Source: Parasitella parasitica NRRL 2501
Lineage: Eukaryota > Fungi > Mucoromycota
DNA length: 64,000 nucleotides
Reading direction: 5' to 3'
Assembly: GCA_025201805.1 (NCBI GenBank)
Contig: MU619305.1
Coordinates: forward strand, 65,839 to 129,838
How positions within the stretch are numbered: position 1 is the stretch's first letter; each line of letters starts with the position of its first letter. Below the pieces are notes generated by a model. That model worked only from the letters and a program-made list of their open reading frames with translations, did no database searches and was not told where the DNA came from. Below, in pieces: positions 12,340 through 24,480 of the stretch. The position numbers and the translations under genes were made by a program.

Positions 12340-14090
12340 CTCAACAAGGCATAGAGAGCTCATTTCCCAACTGAGGCATCAGTATAATGATAATGACTAT
12401 GATGCAGCTCTATTTTTCTTGAATATGTAGGTACATTTGTACATTTACACCATAGGAATGAAACATCATAATACAGGCGTGTGCGGAAAAGAAGATTTTG
12501 ATGTACTAGTCGCTGGACAGAAGAGATACCAGAACAAGTATCATTGTTGACATCTTCCTTCAAGGTACTGTCTTTTCGACTTTCCCAGTATTCATGATAT
12601 TTATCTCCAAATACCTGTTGAATGAAAACGACGTATCTATGATCGAAATAAAAGTCAGTATTTGCCAAAAAGTTTGAAATTATTACAGCATACATTAAAA
12701 ATAGTTTCAGCAGAATGGGCAACATTAGTAACTTTGTTATTTTGTTTTGATTGTAATGTAAGCAGCAAATCCATATAGTTTGCGTTTGTTGCATTTCCAA
12801 ATCAGGTGGTTCTGGCAAGACATTTATGTTTAATGCTCTCCTTGATAGTGTCAGATAGGAATGTAATATTGCGATTGGTGTGGCATCAAGTGGAGCTGCT
12901 GCATTGTTGCTCAAAGGCGGAAGTACTGCTCACTTTACCTTTAAGATGCCTTTGAAAGTTCTCAACACTAGCATGTGCGACATTTCACCCCGCTCGGACA
13001 TAGCATCATTTATCCAAAGAGCAAAACTTATTGCTCAATGATCAGCAAGGACTTGATAGCAACATTTGATCGCTCATTTTGTGAGTGCTTGAACAAAGCC
13101 AGCTTTTGGCCACTGGGAGTCTTAATGCAAACTTCGTACAAACACGAGAGTTTAGCAGGCTTTTCAAATTGAAAATCCAGGTCTTGCTAATGAGCTTCAA
13201 CAATTTGCTGATTATCTACGTCAGGTTGGCCTACAAGGTACTGTTGCTATAATTACTCTGTCCAGAAACATACCTTCAGATTTTATCCAAAGTCTTGAGG
13301 AGATGCTCATATCTAGGGATAATTTGATTAATTTGATAAGAAGCATATTCTTTGTTATTGCCACTGCGGCTAACAGTCTTAATTACTTTGTTGGGGGGGG
13401 GGCATCTTGACAGCCATAAACAGAGATATCAAGGTGATAAACGATATGCTCTTGAAGCGCATTCAATGGCGTAAATGTCGTACGTCAGTATTGATCAAGC
13501 CTGAGAAGATGAATCTTAATCGGAAATGCCGGTGAGATGCTTAACACCATCGAAAATCGGTCTTTGCCTCCTCATATTCTTTTATGACAATCAGAAATAT
13601 TGATTCTGCGGCTGGCGTCTGTAATGGTACGAGATTAATCGTTAACCTTCTGATGATAAATGTCATCGAGGCAATCATTGCTACTGGGCACAATGCTGGC
13701 AACATCGTTTTTATCCCCAAAAGCAAATTCATCTCTCTTGCCACTAAAGGCCTTTCACCTTTTGATTTTCAACGAATCCAGTTTCCCGTAAGGCTGGCAT
13801 TTGCGATAACCATCAACAAGTCGCAAGGACAAACGCTGAATTCTGTCAGTTTGTACCTACCAAGCCATTAATATAGTTATATCGCTTTTGTCACGTGTGA
13901 GGGCGCTAACTTCTGTCAAAGTAATGACCTCTGATGATATATCCAAAATAAACAATCAAACTGGGTCATATACTCACAACATCGTTTATATAGAAGTTTT
14001 CAATGCTCCATAAGAACTAATAAAATCTAGTTATAAGCACTTTATTTGGTAAAACAAGCCTACGGCAGCACTCGCTGTACACTGCTTTAG
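12340..14090 (+). mobile_element. Decayed Helitron (Pif1-family helicase pseudogene plus 3' hairpin terminus)
   Basis: From 12802: SGGSGKTFMFNALL (Walker A), VASSGAAALLLKGGSTAH, RNID..GVCNGTRLIV, FQRIQFPVRLAFAITINKSQGQTL, with internal stops and frameshifts. 3' hairpin tacggc..gctgta at 14061-14079 is followed by TTAG|T, a degenerate CTAG. The 5' boundary is uncertain. Confidence 0.85.
12360..12725 (-). pseudogene. Antisense insert within the Helitron: small secreted-protein gene fragment with a 57-nt intron
   Basis: ATG at 12725; intron 12693-12637 (GTATGC..ACTGAC..CATAG); spliced N-terminus MLPILLKLFLIYVVFIQQVFG-DKYHEYWESRK resembles a signal peptide. Confidence 0.45.
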
Positions 14091-14381
14091 TGAAGGGTAA
14101 ATTTACCTTAGCAAAGCAAAGGTGAAAATTTATCAGAACGTGGCGGTGTGATACAGCTTGTTTTATGAAGAGATCCAAAACCAAGTAAAAATACGCCAAC
14201 TTGATATAACTTGTATTTGTGATTGTTTTGAGACATGTTCCATGCTCAAATTAGCAAATCAATCACTCCCACTAGATGTGTTTTACTTAAATTAGACGTG
14301 TGAGATCATTAACAAAAAAAAAAAACTACTGATTTTGGCATTTACAGCGATTCAAAAGATGTAAAAGATATATAAGTTCCG

Positions 14382-15640
14382 ATGAAAGCATCTCTCTTCT
14401 CTCTATCTCTCTTTCAGCTTGCTCTTTCTTTTATGATTCCTGTTGGCAACATAATGAAAAAGAATCTAACTAACCTCATCACTCATTGGTGTCCGTCAAA
14501 TATCTTGTCTAGAGACGGCAATACTAAAAAGTTTTGTCTTATCATTCTGAATCAACCTATCAATCACATCGATGTATTCAACAGACTATGGGATAATGGT
14601 AAATACAAAAGCAAACTGTCATAGTACAAACCTTAATTTCTCGGCCCCGTTATCATAGCAACCTACAAATTCGTAGCTGATGGTGGTTCAAATAGATTGT
14701 ATGACGCGTTCAAGTATGATCAGCACAAATTAGCTCAGTAAATATCAAGTAAACATAAATCCACCGAGAATCAAATTAATCATTCAATGCTAGATATATT
14801 CCTGATGAAATTCGAGGAGATTTGGATTCTATTCGACCTGACGTTCGAGCGTATTATGAATCCAAAGTAAAATATTGGCGTACATGTACTGGGCATCGTC
14901 ATAATAACACATTTTATATAGAATGTCAAGATTACAAGAGTAAGCGAACAAGACTCAACCGATTTTATGAAATGCGTGGCATTGTTGAATGAAAAAGAAA
15001 AAGAAAGGGGACAGATTGTAAGAATGTTTATGCATACAAGTATGCATTAAAATTACTAATTCTAAAATTTAGTTTGATATTGTGGCTACACCTGCTTTGG
15101 GTGGTAGATTTGATCAAACAATATCTAGTATCAATACGCTTTACATGCTCAAAGATCAGGTCGAAAGAAAATTTATACTAGTCAGTGACGAAAACCTCAC
15201 GATGCTATTAGATAAAGTAAGATATTGTTTAGATATCAGTCTATTCNNNNNNNNNNNNNNNNNNNNNNNNNNNNNNNNNNNNNNNNNNNNNNNNNNTAAA
15301 ATGTCAACTGAGCTTGGAAGGTAAGTGTAACACGATAAGAATTTGGGGGAGGAATCTTTACCGACATGTAAACATAGGCCCGACATGTGGTATAATGCCA
15401 ATTGGATCGGCTGTTACTCTGACAACGAGAGGATTAAAATGGAATTTGGGTAAGAAAAGCAAATGTTGATTTTTTTCCCTACTTCTTTTCACCAACTTGA
15501 ATCTAGACAATGCTAAATGTGAATTCGGTGGGATGATCAGCACATCCAATGTTGTAGTAAATGACATTGTTGAAATAGTGACAGACGCTCCTGTTGTGTG
15601 GACGATTGAGATCAATCTTTTAAACAAACCCATTCAATAG
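14382..15640 (+). CDS. THI80: Thiamine pyrophosphokinase (one exon partly in an N-gap)
   Basis: LIILNQPI, ADGGSNRLYD, PDEIRGDLDSI, QDSTDFMKC, ALGGRFDQT, CGIMPIG..TTRGLKWNL, FGGMISTSN. The start may be a later ATG (14433 or 14454). Confidence 0.9.
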
Positions 15641-15780
15641 GTTCTTCTTGATGCATTTAGACTCAGTAGATTCTTTTGATGTGCGGGGATTCTTTGATTT
15701 CCCCATGAGAATAAGAACCTTGACATCCTCTATTACATCTCTTTTTCTTTTTTTTTTTTCTTATTCTATTAAAAACAAAA

Positions 15781-17999
15781 ATGAACGGCATCGACCCTCC
15801 AAATCCACAGCAAGTGGCAAACAATAACTCATGCTTATTGGTTCCTGAAATGCAGCCGTTTGAACCTCAAGCCGAAGACATTTTAACTGATGAGGATTTG
15901 CTTGACCTTTTTCGAATTGTAAAGCAGGTTTTGAGAAAGAATCCCGACTCTGAAAAGCTAGCAAAGCTCCTATTTTGCATGTCCTATGCCCTGGGAGATC
16001 ACATCAAGTTCAGCAAGCCATGCCATGAAGATCGCATTGTGTTTCGAGACAATCATTCGGCCGTGCATTCAGTTCGTTTGCCTAGTACAAGTTCATGTTG
16101 CGTCAATGCCACTGCCAATCACCACAACAACCACCATCGGGCCTCTACCTCCACTACTACCTTTAGCCTGAATAATGCTTTAAATGATAGTGCCCCTTCA
16201 ATGAATAGACCGGACAAGGACAATGTGCAAAAGTGGATTGACTCCTCTTCTGTGACATCTACGGCATCTCCTTCGCCCATATCACCACTAATTCGCTTGC
16301 CCTCTGTATCCTATTTAACCAATAATCAGCCCCTACCAGCTACAGCTGCCACCTCGACTCCAACAAACACAACAAATTTATCCGAAATATCCAACGACAA
16401 TACATCAATCGACGCTTATTCTGTTCGCCCTTACACTAATTTTCGGCCATTGTATACAGCATCCGCATCGCCTGCAGCAAACCATGCTAGCAGCCCAACT
16501 ATAACTTCGTCTTCTGCCACTGCTGCTGCCACTGCTGCTGCTGCAATCCATTCGCCGATTGTGAATAGAAATTCACCTTCTATACCCTCTTCTTCTCCCT
16601 CGGCGTCTTATCATGTGTCACAGCAACAGTCAACAGTAGAAGTTTCAGATTTAACCATCAGCCATGCAGACACCTCGTCCAATACAGCGTCTGGAGGAGA
16701 CCGTTATAATCAACCAAATAGCACTATTCAGCAACCAGCAAACGCGGAGGTTGTGATGGAGCCTCAGCAAAGAGGATTTTACTACCAGGATGGTAGGATA
16801 GCGCGAGAGCCTGTACTGCTTCAACGTTATGCAGAACAAGGCATTTTAACTCAAGCATCACTGATGCGAAAACGCAAAAGACATTCTGCAGATGCCAACT
16901 CACCCTATGAAGCATCTAATTTGCCTACACCGACCAAAAAGCCCAAGATTCCACACCGTCATGGTGAATTTGAACAAAGACGTGAGTATTATGTGTGTGT
17001 GTGAAAAAGTGATTAAATGTCTTATTTATTTCTTTGATAGGCGACGATATCATTAATCGTATGCGAAGTATCACAATGGCAGATTTAGAGCAAAAGGCAC
17101 AGCGATTACCGAATCAGTTTACGTTGGCCATTGATGAATCAGTTACATTGGCAGAGGGCAACCTGTCAGCTACAGTTGCCAGCGGATCTCTTTCTCAGGA
17201 ACAACTTGTTGAACTCCTGGAACCAGCACTAAGAATCCTTACAAACCATTCCAACATGAAGCCACATTTAGACAATGGCATGAATCAGAATGGCATCTAC
17301 TACAATTCAGATTATTTTCGACTTTACCTTGCATTTGAACAGTTTCAGCGTACATTTGCAATTTTGTTTCCCAATGAAGTGATAAAGGTACCCGAGACAG
17401 CTGGCAGCGCGGACAACGACACAGGCAGTGTCACAACGGTGACGACCACAGCAGCAGCAGAACGAGACAAAGACCGAGAAAGAAATGCCAATATGAAAGC
17501 GTATCGAGTTTGGATTGAGCCACTTTTGACAGAAACCAACTGGGCGGCATTCCGTAGAAATATAGTCGTTGGGGAGCGTATGATGCAGCTGACGAAACTG
17601 GTCGGACAAGGCGTGTTACTTATGACGAAAGAACTGAGTGGATCCAAACTGCATCTTACATTTACGAATAGCGAGTGGGACGAGTTCATTAATGGACTCC
17701 AGTCTGGCCGGTGGGACCAAACAATTGAGTGGGAAAACGGTCAAAAGAAGCCGTTTGAAGAGACGAAATCATTATTAGTTTCTGAACTACAACTGAAATT
17801 TGCCACACACTATTGGTTTTACCCTGATGGCTCTATGGTTTCGTCAAAGGAACGTCGATTAGTGATTCATGCGTCGACTGTGACGAATAACAGTAGTAGC
17901 AGTAATAACACGCTTTTGCACCGAAGCTCTATGGACCCTTCCAATCTAATGCATAATCATCACCAGCAGCCACAGCAGCGGCTACATACGCATCATTGA
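15781..17999 (+). CDS. Uncharacterised ~720-aa protein: S/T/P-rich low-complexity middle, basic NLS-like motifs, globular C-terminal domain
   Basis: Two long ORFs (407 and 321 aa) joined by a GTGAGT..TAG intron at about 16982-17040; RKRKR and KKPK motifs. Confidence 0.8.
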
Positions 18000-20544
18000 G
18001 AGGCCCCACATTGTTTGTGTACATATTAAACATATTCATATCATACAAAATTGGTTTGCAGTGTACAAACAAAATTAGCTTATACTTTTTGTATTGGTTC
18101 CCATTTGTTTGCAGTGGTTGTTCTCCGTTCCAAATAAGGGATTCTGCTAAACGGAACGTTGATGTTTTTACATACACAGGATGCCTCTTCAGTTACATTG
18201 CATGTATATTGCTAATTCGCATAAATTATATCCACTATAATTCGATATACGCAGTATATTCATTATATACACTGTTTTGAAAATAGCAAGGAAACAGGCT
18301 TATATAACTTTAATGTGTACATAATGCCTTGTATCACCCCCGCCCATACATAATTGATACAATCGAGTTTGCCAACAAAACACAATATATCATATAGGGC
18401 AAGGGGTTTATGTATTATCGAATGAAAATGCGCAGGATAAATAAAATGGCCGTGGTTATGAGAAAATTTCATCAAAAAGGTAATCTGGTTTACTAACGTG
18501 GCCTCTAGGCTACTGTCTCATTATAAATTATTAGAGATTCTTACCAGCTGGTAAAAAATCTACTTTATCATTATATCTAAATGTTGAATCGATATAGCAT
18601 GAATTTTGGTATTGAATGGTATACCCTGTTTCTTTTGGATTCAAACATAATATACTACTGCATTAACGTGGGACATACATATACCCTTTGTTTGGGTATA
18701 TATGCGCAAAAATAGAGATCATATGACAGAAATGGTTGGCTTTTGTGTGCAATGGTTTTAGAGTCATCAGCAATCTCTTTGAACGGTCAATCTGTGCGAC
18801 AGTTCCCAATTTGTTGTTTCCAGATTAACGGTTACACACAAATACAACCTTTTATTTGGGGAAGAAGTACAACTTCTAAAGAGCCAGGTTTAAAATGATG
18901 GCAAACATAATCGACGAATAACAAGGCAGCTTTATTATAAATGAAAAAGATTATTTGCAGCTCATACAACCGCAAATATAGTAAACAGAGCAAAACTTGC
19001 ATATTCATCCCAAAGCATACCAACCTAGTTCAAACATTATTATTTAAGGGAATCTGATTGATTTAAAAATATAACAAGCTGATTTTATATATTTTGAAAT
19101 GCTGATAACCCATTTCAGGACTTTTGCAATATTGGCTTATTAGATATTGACATTATATATGGCACTTGAAGATACTTTTTTTTTATCTTTCACCACATGT
19201 CTGCGTGAAAAAACATGGTGACCTATTAGATCCACAAACTTAAAAAGAGTGCATATACAGTAATTTTCAAAGATATAGAGCATAAATAAGCACAGAAGCA
19301 CACTGAGTTCCCAGAATTAACAAGATTGGATAGTGACATGATTTACCATATTTTCAAAGATTTTAATGTTTCCATGGATTAACATGTGTAAGCAAAAATG
19401 ATAAGCTTGCCAACGTGTGCTGTCAAACAATTTTAAATACAACAGCTAAAATGAACTAACCAAGATGTCCACTGCAACACAAAACAAAGCAATCAAGTAA
19501 AGGCAAGGTATGGTTAATCATTATATCCACTTTTCTATAATATTATATCGCGGTTACAGATTTCAAAATGGATTAAATAAGGCATCAGATGTTGAATTAA
19601 ACGGAAATATTTTAACCAGATAGCAAAACGAATTGCTACAACTTAATCCTTTTCTGTATTCGATAAATTACAAGTCATCGTACACGAGTAATCTTCTCCG
19701 TACCGTCGCTGTGGTTCAGAAGACCTTGGATTAAGGTTATTATAGCCTTTACTATGTAGTTTATCACAAGTCTGAGGGAGGACTAGGGAAAAAATGCGCA
19801 AAAAAAGAAGGGGAGCCATTGCGGATCTGCACTTACTGTGCCATATATATTATGCACATATGAAGATTAAAGTTACAGTATCACAAAACTTTTAGCGACA
19901 CACCTTGATATGAATGCATTTGAAATGAGATCAGGCAAGTTAATCCCGAAGATATGAATATCCATACCTCGCAGAGAAAAAAAAAACACATGTATATTTC
20001 CACATGGTATTAAGCTAGATTTCTCTGCAACTATGCCACATTGTTTAGTGTTCTATAAAACATCGATCGCCCCTATCACCATAACATGGAACAACAAAAT
20101 TCCCTGATTTCTATAGGATACGCTCACTATATATAGTATGTAATTCGTCTTCCCCTTTGTTTCCACTTTACCCTGAGCATCGAAGAAAAGCATAAATTCC
20201 ATCCACCGCAATATGCCCTGAAATCAGACAGCTTTGATTCAAATTATCCAAATATGGACGATTAAATAGCTGATAAGCATTTAAGCGATCTCTAAATATA
20301 ATGATATAAATACCCTATCTTTTGTCAATTCTTTACATTATATGTGTAAATAATTCAAGAACTTTTTTTTTTCTCCTTCTTTTTTATATTTACAATATAC
20401 CAATTTCATTTACTATAATTTCCCCCCTATATATTTGTCTCCCTTTTTTCTTTCCATGTGCGTATAAATTTTAGTTTTTTGTGCGCATTTCTCTGTTTTT
20501 TTCTTCTTTTTCTCTCAAAACCATAAAGCAAACAAGTCAGCACT

Positions 20545-21150
20545 ATGAATTATTGTAGTATAAGAAATGATAATGAAAGAATAGATAAGCCTCGTCCTTA
20601 TCAATGTCCAATGTGTCCAAAGGCTTTTGTCAGATTGGAACATCGAACTCGACATATTCGAACTCATACAGGTGAAAAACCGCATGCCTGCTCTTTTCCA
20701 AATTGCGAAAAGAGGTTCTCTCGCTCAGACGAATTGACTCGTCATGCCCGTATCCACATTGTGCCATCAAGGCGGAGCAGAGAAAAGAGAGCCAGCAGTA
20801 CAGTAATTCGGCCTATGCTATTGCCAGTCAGATCAAGCATACCATCAAGTTCAATACTACTGCAGCAGCAAAAAGGATCGTACTTAACCGACTCTTATCC
20901 ATCGTCAATATCAGATTCTGAAAGCGAACACATCTGCACTCCAGATAGTTCCCCTACTTTGGGCCCATCGTTTAAACACCACAGTTCCAGTCTGACATTG
21001 CCTCCTCTTTTGATAGGCGCTTCTCATCATGGAAATCAACATGTGCCTTCTCCAAATCATCGTTCTCCTATCCTTGCATCTCCTCATCCTCAATCATATC
21101 GTCCACATTCTGAAATACATTTACCATCTATCAGATTCTTATTAGAATAG
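20545..21150 (+). CDS. creA: CreA/Mig1-family C2H2 carbon catabolite repressor
   Basis: [51 protein letters not shown]; C-terminal LPPL and LPSIRFLL repression-type motifs. Confidence 0.88.
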   Translation: MNYCSIRNDNERIDKPRPYQCPMCPKAFVRLEHRTRHIRTHTGEKPHACSFPNCEKRFSRSDELTRHARIHIVPSRRSREKRASSTVIRPMLLPVRSSIPSSSILLQQQKGSYLTDSYPSSISDSESEHICTPDSSPTLGPSFKHHSSSLTLPPLLIGASHHGNQHVPSPNHRSPILASPHPQSYRPHSEIHLPSIRFLLE

Positions 21151-21302
21151 ATGTACATAAACCACGTGAAGCATTTGTAAATAAATCATCATTTCATATT
21201 ACTATGTATAATCTGGAGCCTTTGTAATATTCAGAGAACGCATACCATGTTAGAATACTCTCGTCAAATGGAATACTATTCCAAAATGAACAAGCATGGT
21301 TG

Positions 21303-21336
<34 letters not shown>
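21303..21336. repeat. (TA)n microsatellite, interrupted
   Basis: tatatatataaatatatatatatatatatatatt. Confidence 0.9.
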
Positions 21337-21337
<1 letters not shown>

Positions 21338-21854
21338 TTGACTATTAGAATGCAGTATTAATGGATACTCCGTATTTACGAGTTAAACATGAAAGTAGCT
21401 CTATCGCCAAGATAATAATACTCGTTTAATTCGGATATAAAACTTTGATTCTTGATATCTATATATTTCTATCCCAAACTCTCTCTCTCTCTCTTGACAT
21501 TGTTAGTTACACGCAATGCAGAGGAGGATGCACCACATCCAATAGGTGATGTGGGCCCTACCGCTGTAACGTATCACAGCATGAATAGTCATGTAAAATA
21601 TCACAAGCCTGCGATTAGAATGATACCCCCTTGGACCTTTGCAAGGATTCTCTCACAGTAGCTTCTGATATGCAGCAAGCCCAATTATCGCATGTGGGCT
21701 GTGTATATTTTGTGACCCGCTATAGACAAGGATACGAGTACATGCATATCACCTTAATGTAAACATTTTAATAAATATCGAGGTGGAGGTGGTCCTTGCA
21801 CACACAAGGCGCAGTATTTTCTTCTTTTTTTTTTCTCTTTTCTCTGCGCATACT

Positions 21855-23841
21855 ATGGTCGAAATGAAATCAGAAAAGCCGACTGTGGCGATTATAGGTG
21901 CAGGGTTTGTAGCATATATTCACGGTCGCATCCTCCTCAATGCTAATTGATAAAAAAAAATAGCGTTAGTGGCATCTGCACATCAATCGAACTCCAAAAG
22001 AAGTTGGGAATCACCGCTTCGTTATTCGAGATGGAAGACGACATAGGTGGCACTTGGAAGCAAAACACATATCCTGGATGTTCGTGTGATCTCCCTAGCC
22101 ATATCTATGTACTAAGCTCAGACTTGAATCCAGGTAAAGTGAATAGATACCCGCAGCGACATACACAAAGCTAATTTTTTTTAATGCTTGCATCTTTGAA
22201 GATTGGTCTACTACCTACAGTTCCCAACTCGAAATACTTGAATATTTCAAAAACGTGGCCAAAAAACATGGCATTTATCAACACACTCGCTTCAAGACAG
22301 AAATTATTCAAGCTGTTTGGATAGAGGAAAAGAAGCAGTGGAGACTAGACTTGCGTGATAAACGCCCTTCTGCAAATGACGATATCGAAACTGTCTATTT
22401 TGATATATTGTGAGTTTGTTGTGTTGTTATGCGCTACCGACGAGGGCTGATTTTTTGTGTACAGATTTTCCGGCGTTGGCAGTTTACGAATCATCAACGT
22501 TCCTTCTGAATTCAAGACATTCAAAGGTAAAGTGGTACATACAGGTGCCTGGGACAACACAATTGATTTTAAGGATAAGCGTGTTGCGCTTGTCGGCAGT
22601 GGTTCCAGGTAAGCTCTAAACTAGCAGTAACAGCATCGGCTCTTACAAGTTGTTATAGTGCTATACAAACACTGCCTTATTTAACTGAGCATGCTTCAAA
22701 AGTGATCTGCTACCAACGATCTGCGCCATGGATTCTCCCTCGGCCTCAAACGGTTTATCCTGAATTTGTGAAATGGATTTTCAGAAACATCCCATTGATT
22801 ATGCTGCTCTATAGATGGTATCTTTATCTGACGGTATGTTTTTTAATACATGTGCATATAGGCGCACAGTTTTACTCATCAAGTAAATACACTGGAATAG
22901 CTAGATTTGGTGTACTTGACTTTTGGATACCCAGATTCATTTCTCTCAAAAAGACTCAACAAGAATATGAATGATTCCCGTGTCAAAGAACTAACACAAC
23001 TCGGCCGGCCTGATTTGATTGAAAAATTAAAGCCTACTTATCGGTTAGGTTGCAAACGAGTTGTATTTTCTTCTGAATTCCACGAAGCTATTGCAAAGCC
23101 AAATGTCTTATTAAACCAATCACCAATCAAGAATATCATGGACAAGACTATTGTAACCGAAGATGGGGCTACCGAAGAAGTTGATATTTTGGTTTTGGGA
23201 ACAGGATTCCAAACACAACAGGGCGTGCTTGGGGACATTGAGAGTAAGTGAAAATGGGCTACCGCATTTTATATAAATATATATCAGATAAGAAGACAGA
23301 GACTGACTCGACTTTCTTCTTCACTATACAGTTATTGGTAATGAAGGACAATCGCTTACAGAGCTTTGGAAACACGACTTACCTCAACTTTATAAGTCGA
23401 CAATTATCAACGGGTTCCCCAATATGTTTATGCTGTTGGGCCCCACCACTATTCTGGGACACCATTCGGTCCTCTTGATGATCGAGACGTAAGTTGTGTG
23501 ATCTTGTTTGCAATGCATATATTTACTACTTGATTGCTTAACCAAAATCTCGTTAAAAAATTAGACAGGTGAGTTTTGCTGTCAATGCGATCAGAAAGCT
23601 GATTATCGAAAGAAACATGAGTGCCATTGAACCTACACTTGAGGCCCAAGCTGCCCATATGGCACAGCTAAGATCCGATTTGAAAGGCACCATTTGGACT
23701 ACAGCTTGTAATTCCTGGTACAAGAATGAGTCGGGAGAAGTTACCAACATCTACCCAAACTCAGTTACAAGATTCAAGTACACACTTGGAAAGATCAATG
23801 AAGAGGATTATGTAGATTATCCTGTTAGAGCTTTGGAGTAA
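21855..23841 (+). CDS. Flavin-dependent type I Baeyer-Villiger monooxygenase / FMO-like, multi-exon
   Basis: VAIIGAGVSG, GGTWKQNTYPGCSCD, BVMO fingerprint FKGKVVHTGAWD, second Rossmann motif VGSGSSA, GCKR, LGTGF, CNSWYKN. Confidence 0.92.
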
Positions 23842-24012
23842 TTCATACATAGTGCTGTCGATGAAAATAAAAGCTGATTCAAAATCATGAGTATAATGTT
23901 GCATGTTAAAATGAGAAGAATTCGCCATACAGTGAGTTTCCAAAATAATTAACGTGATTTTCACTAATCCTCATTGAAACTTGCGAGTGGCACAATTTAA
24001 CCATGTATTACC

Positions 24013-24150
24013 ACATGTCTGTTTTTAGATATTGTTATCTACATTATAGTGACATGATAAAAACATCTCAATTATCTGCATTCCAAAATTAGAATTAGGG
24101 ATTTTTGTAATACATGCAAAGAGTTAATGTTTCCTTAAACACAGACATGT
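24013..24150. repeat. Short element bounded by ~16-bp imperfect inverted repeats (MITE-like)
   Basis: acatgtctgtttttag (24013-24028) vs cttaaacacagacatgt (24134-24150). Confidence 0.45.
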
Positions 24151-24324
24151 AGATGATTCCTGAACTCAATCGTTGTTATCATTTCTCACTTACGGTTAGA
24201 CGTACTAACATCTTTCTGACACTGACGACATTAGTGTAGTGCATTATTATTCAGTCAATCAAACATTACTGAGGTATCAAAAATGTGTTTTACATTCCTA
24301 TGTGTATAGTATTATAAACAGGGC

Positions 24325-24480
24325 ATGTGCCAGTGATGTATGGCCTGGTGACTTTGAATAATATTAGCGCATAATGTGCTTCATGGGTTAAATGTCGTGG
24401 CTCGGGTGACCCGAAAGCATTCGACCCGAAATCGGTTGTGTTGATGATCTTCAAAGTTCTACAAAAGGCTCACAAGACAT
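24325..24480. repeat. Long imperfect palindrome / fold-back centred on 24408
   Basis: Perfect core tcgggt-g-acccga; inner arms gggttaaatg/cattcgaccc; outer arms actttgaataatattagcgca/tgtgttgatgatcttcaaagt. Confidence 0.7.

Noticed and set aside
14100-14700. TPP riboswitch near thiamine pyrophosphokinase
   Set aside because: No CTGAGA/GAxCxGG aptamer core seen in the 5' region or first intron.
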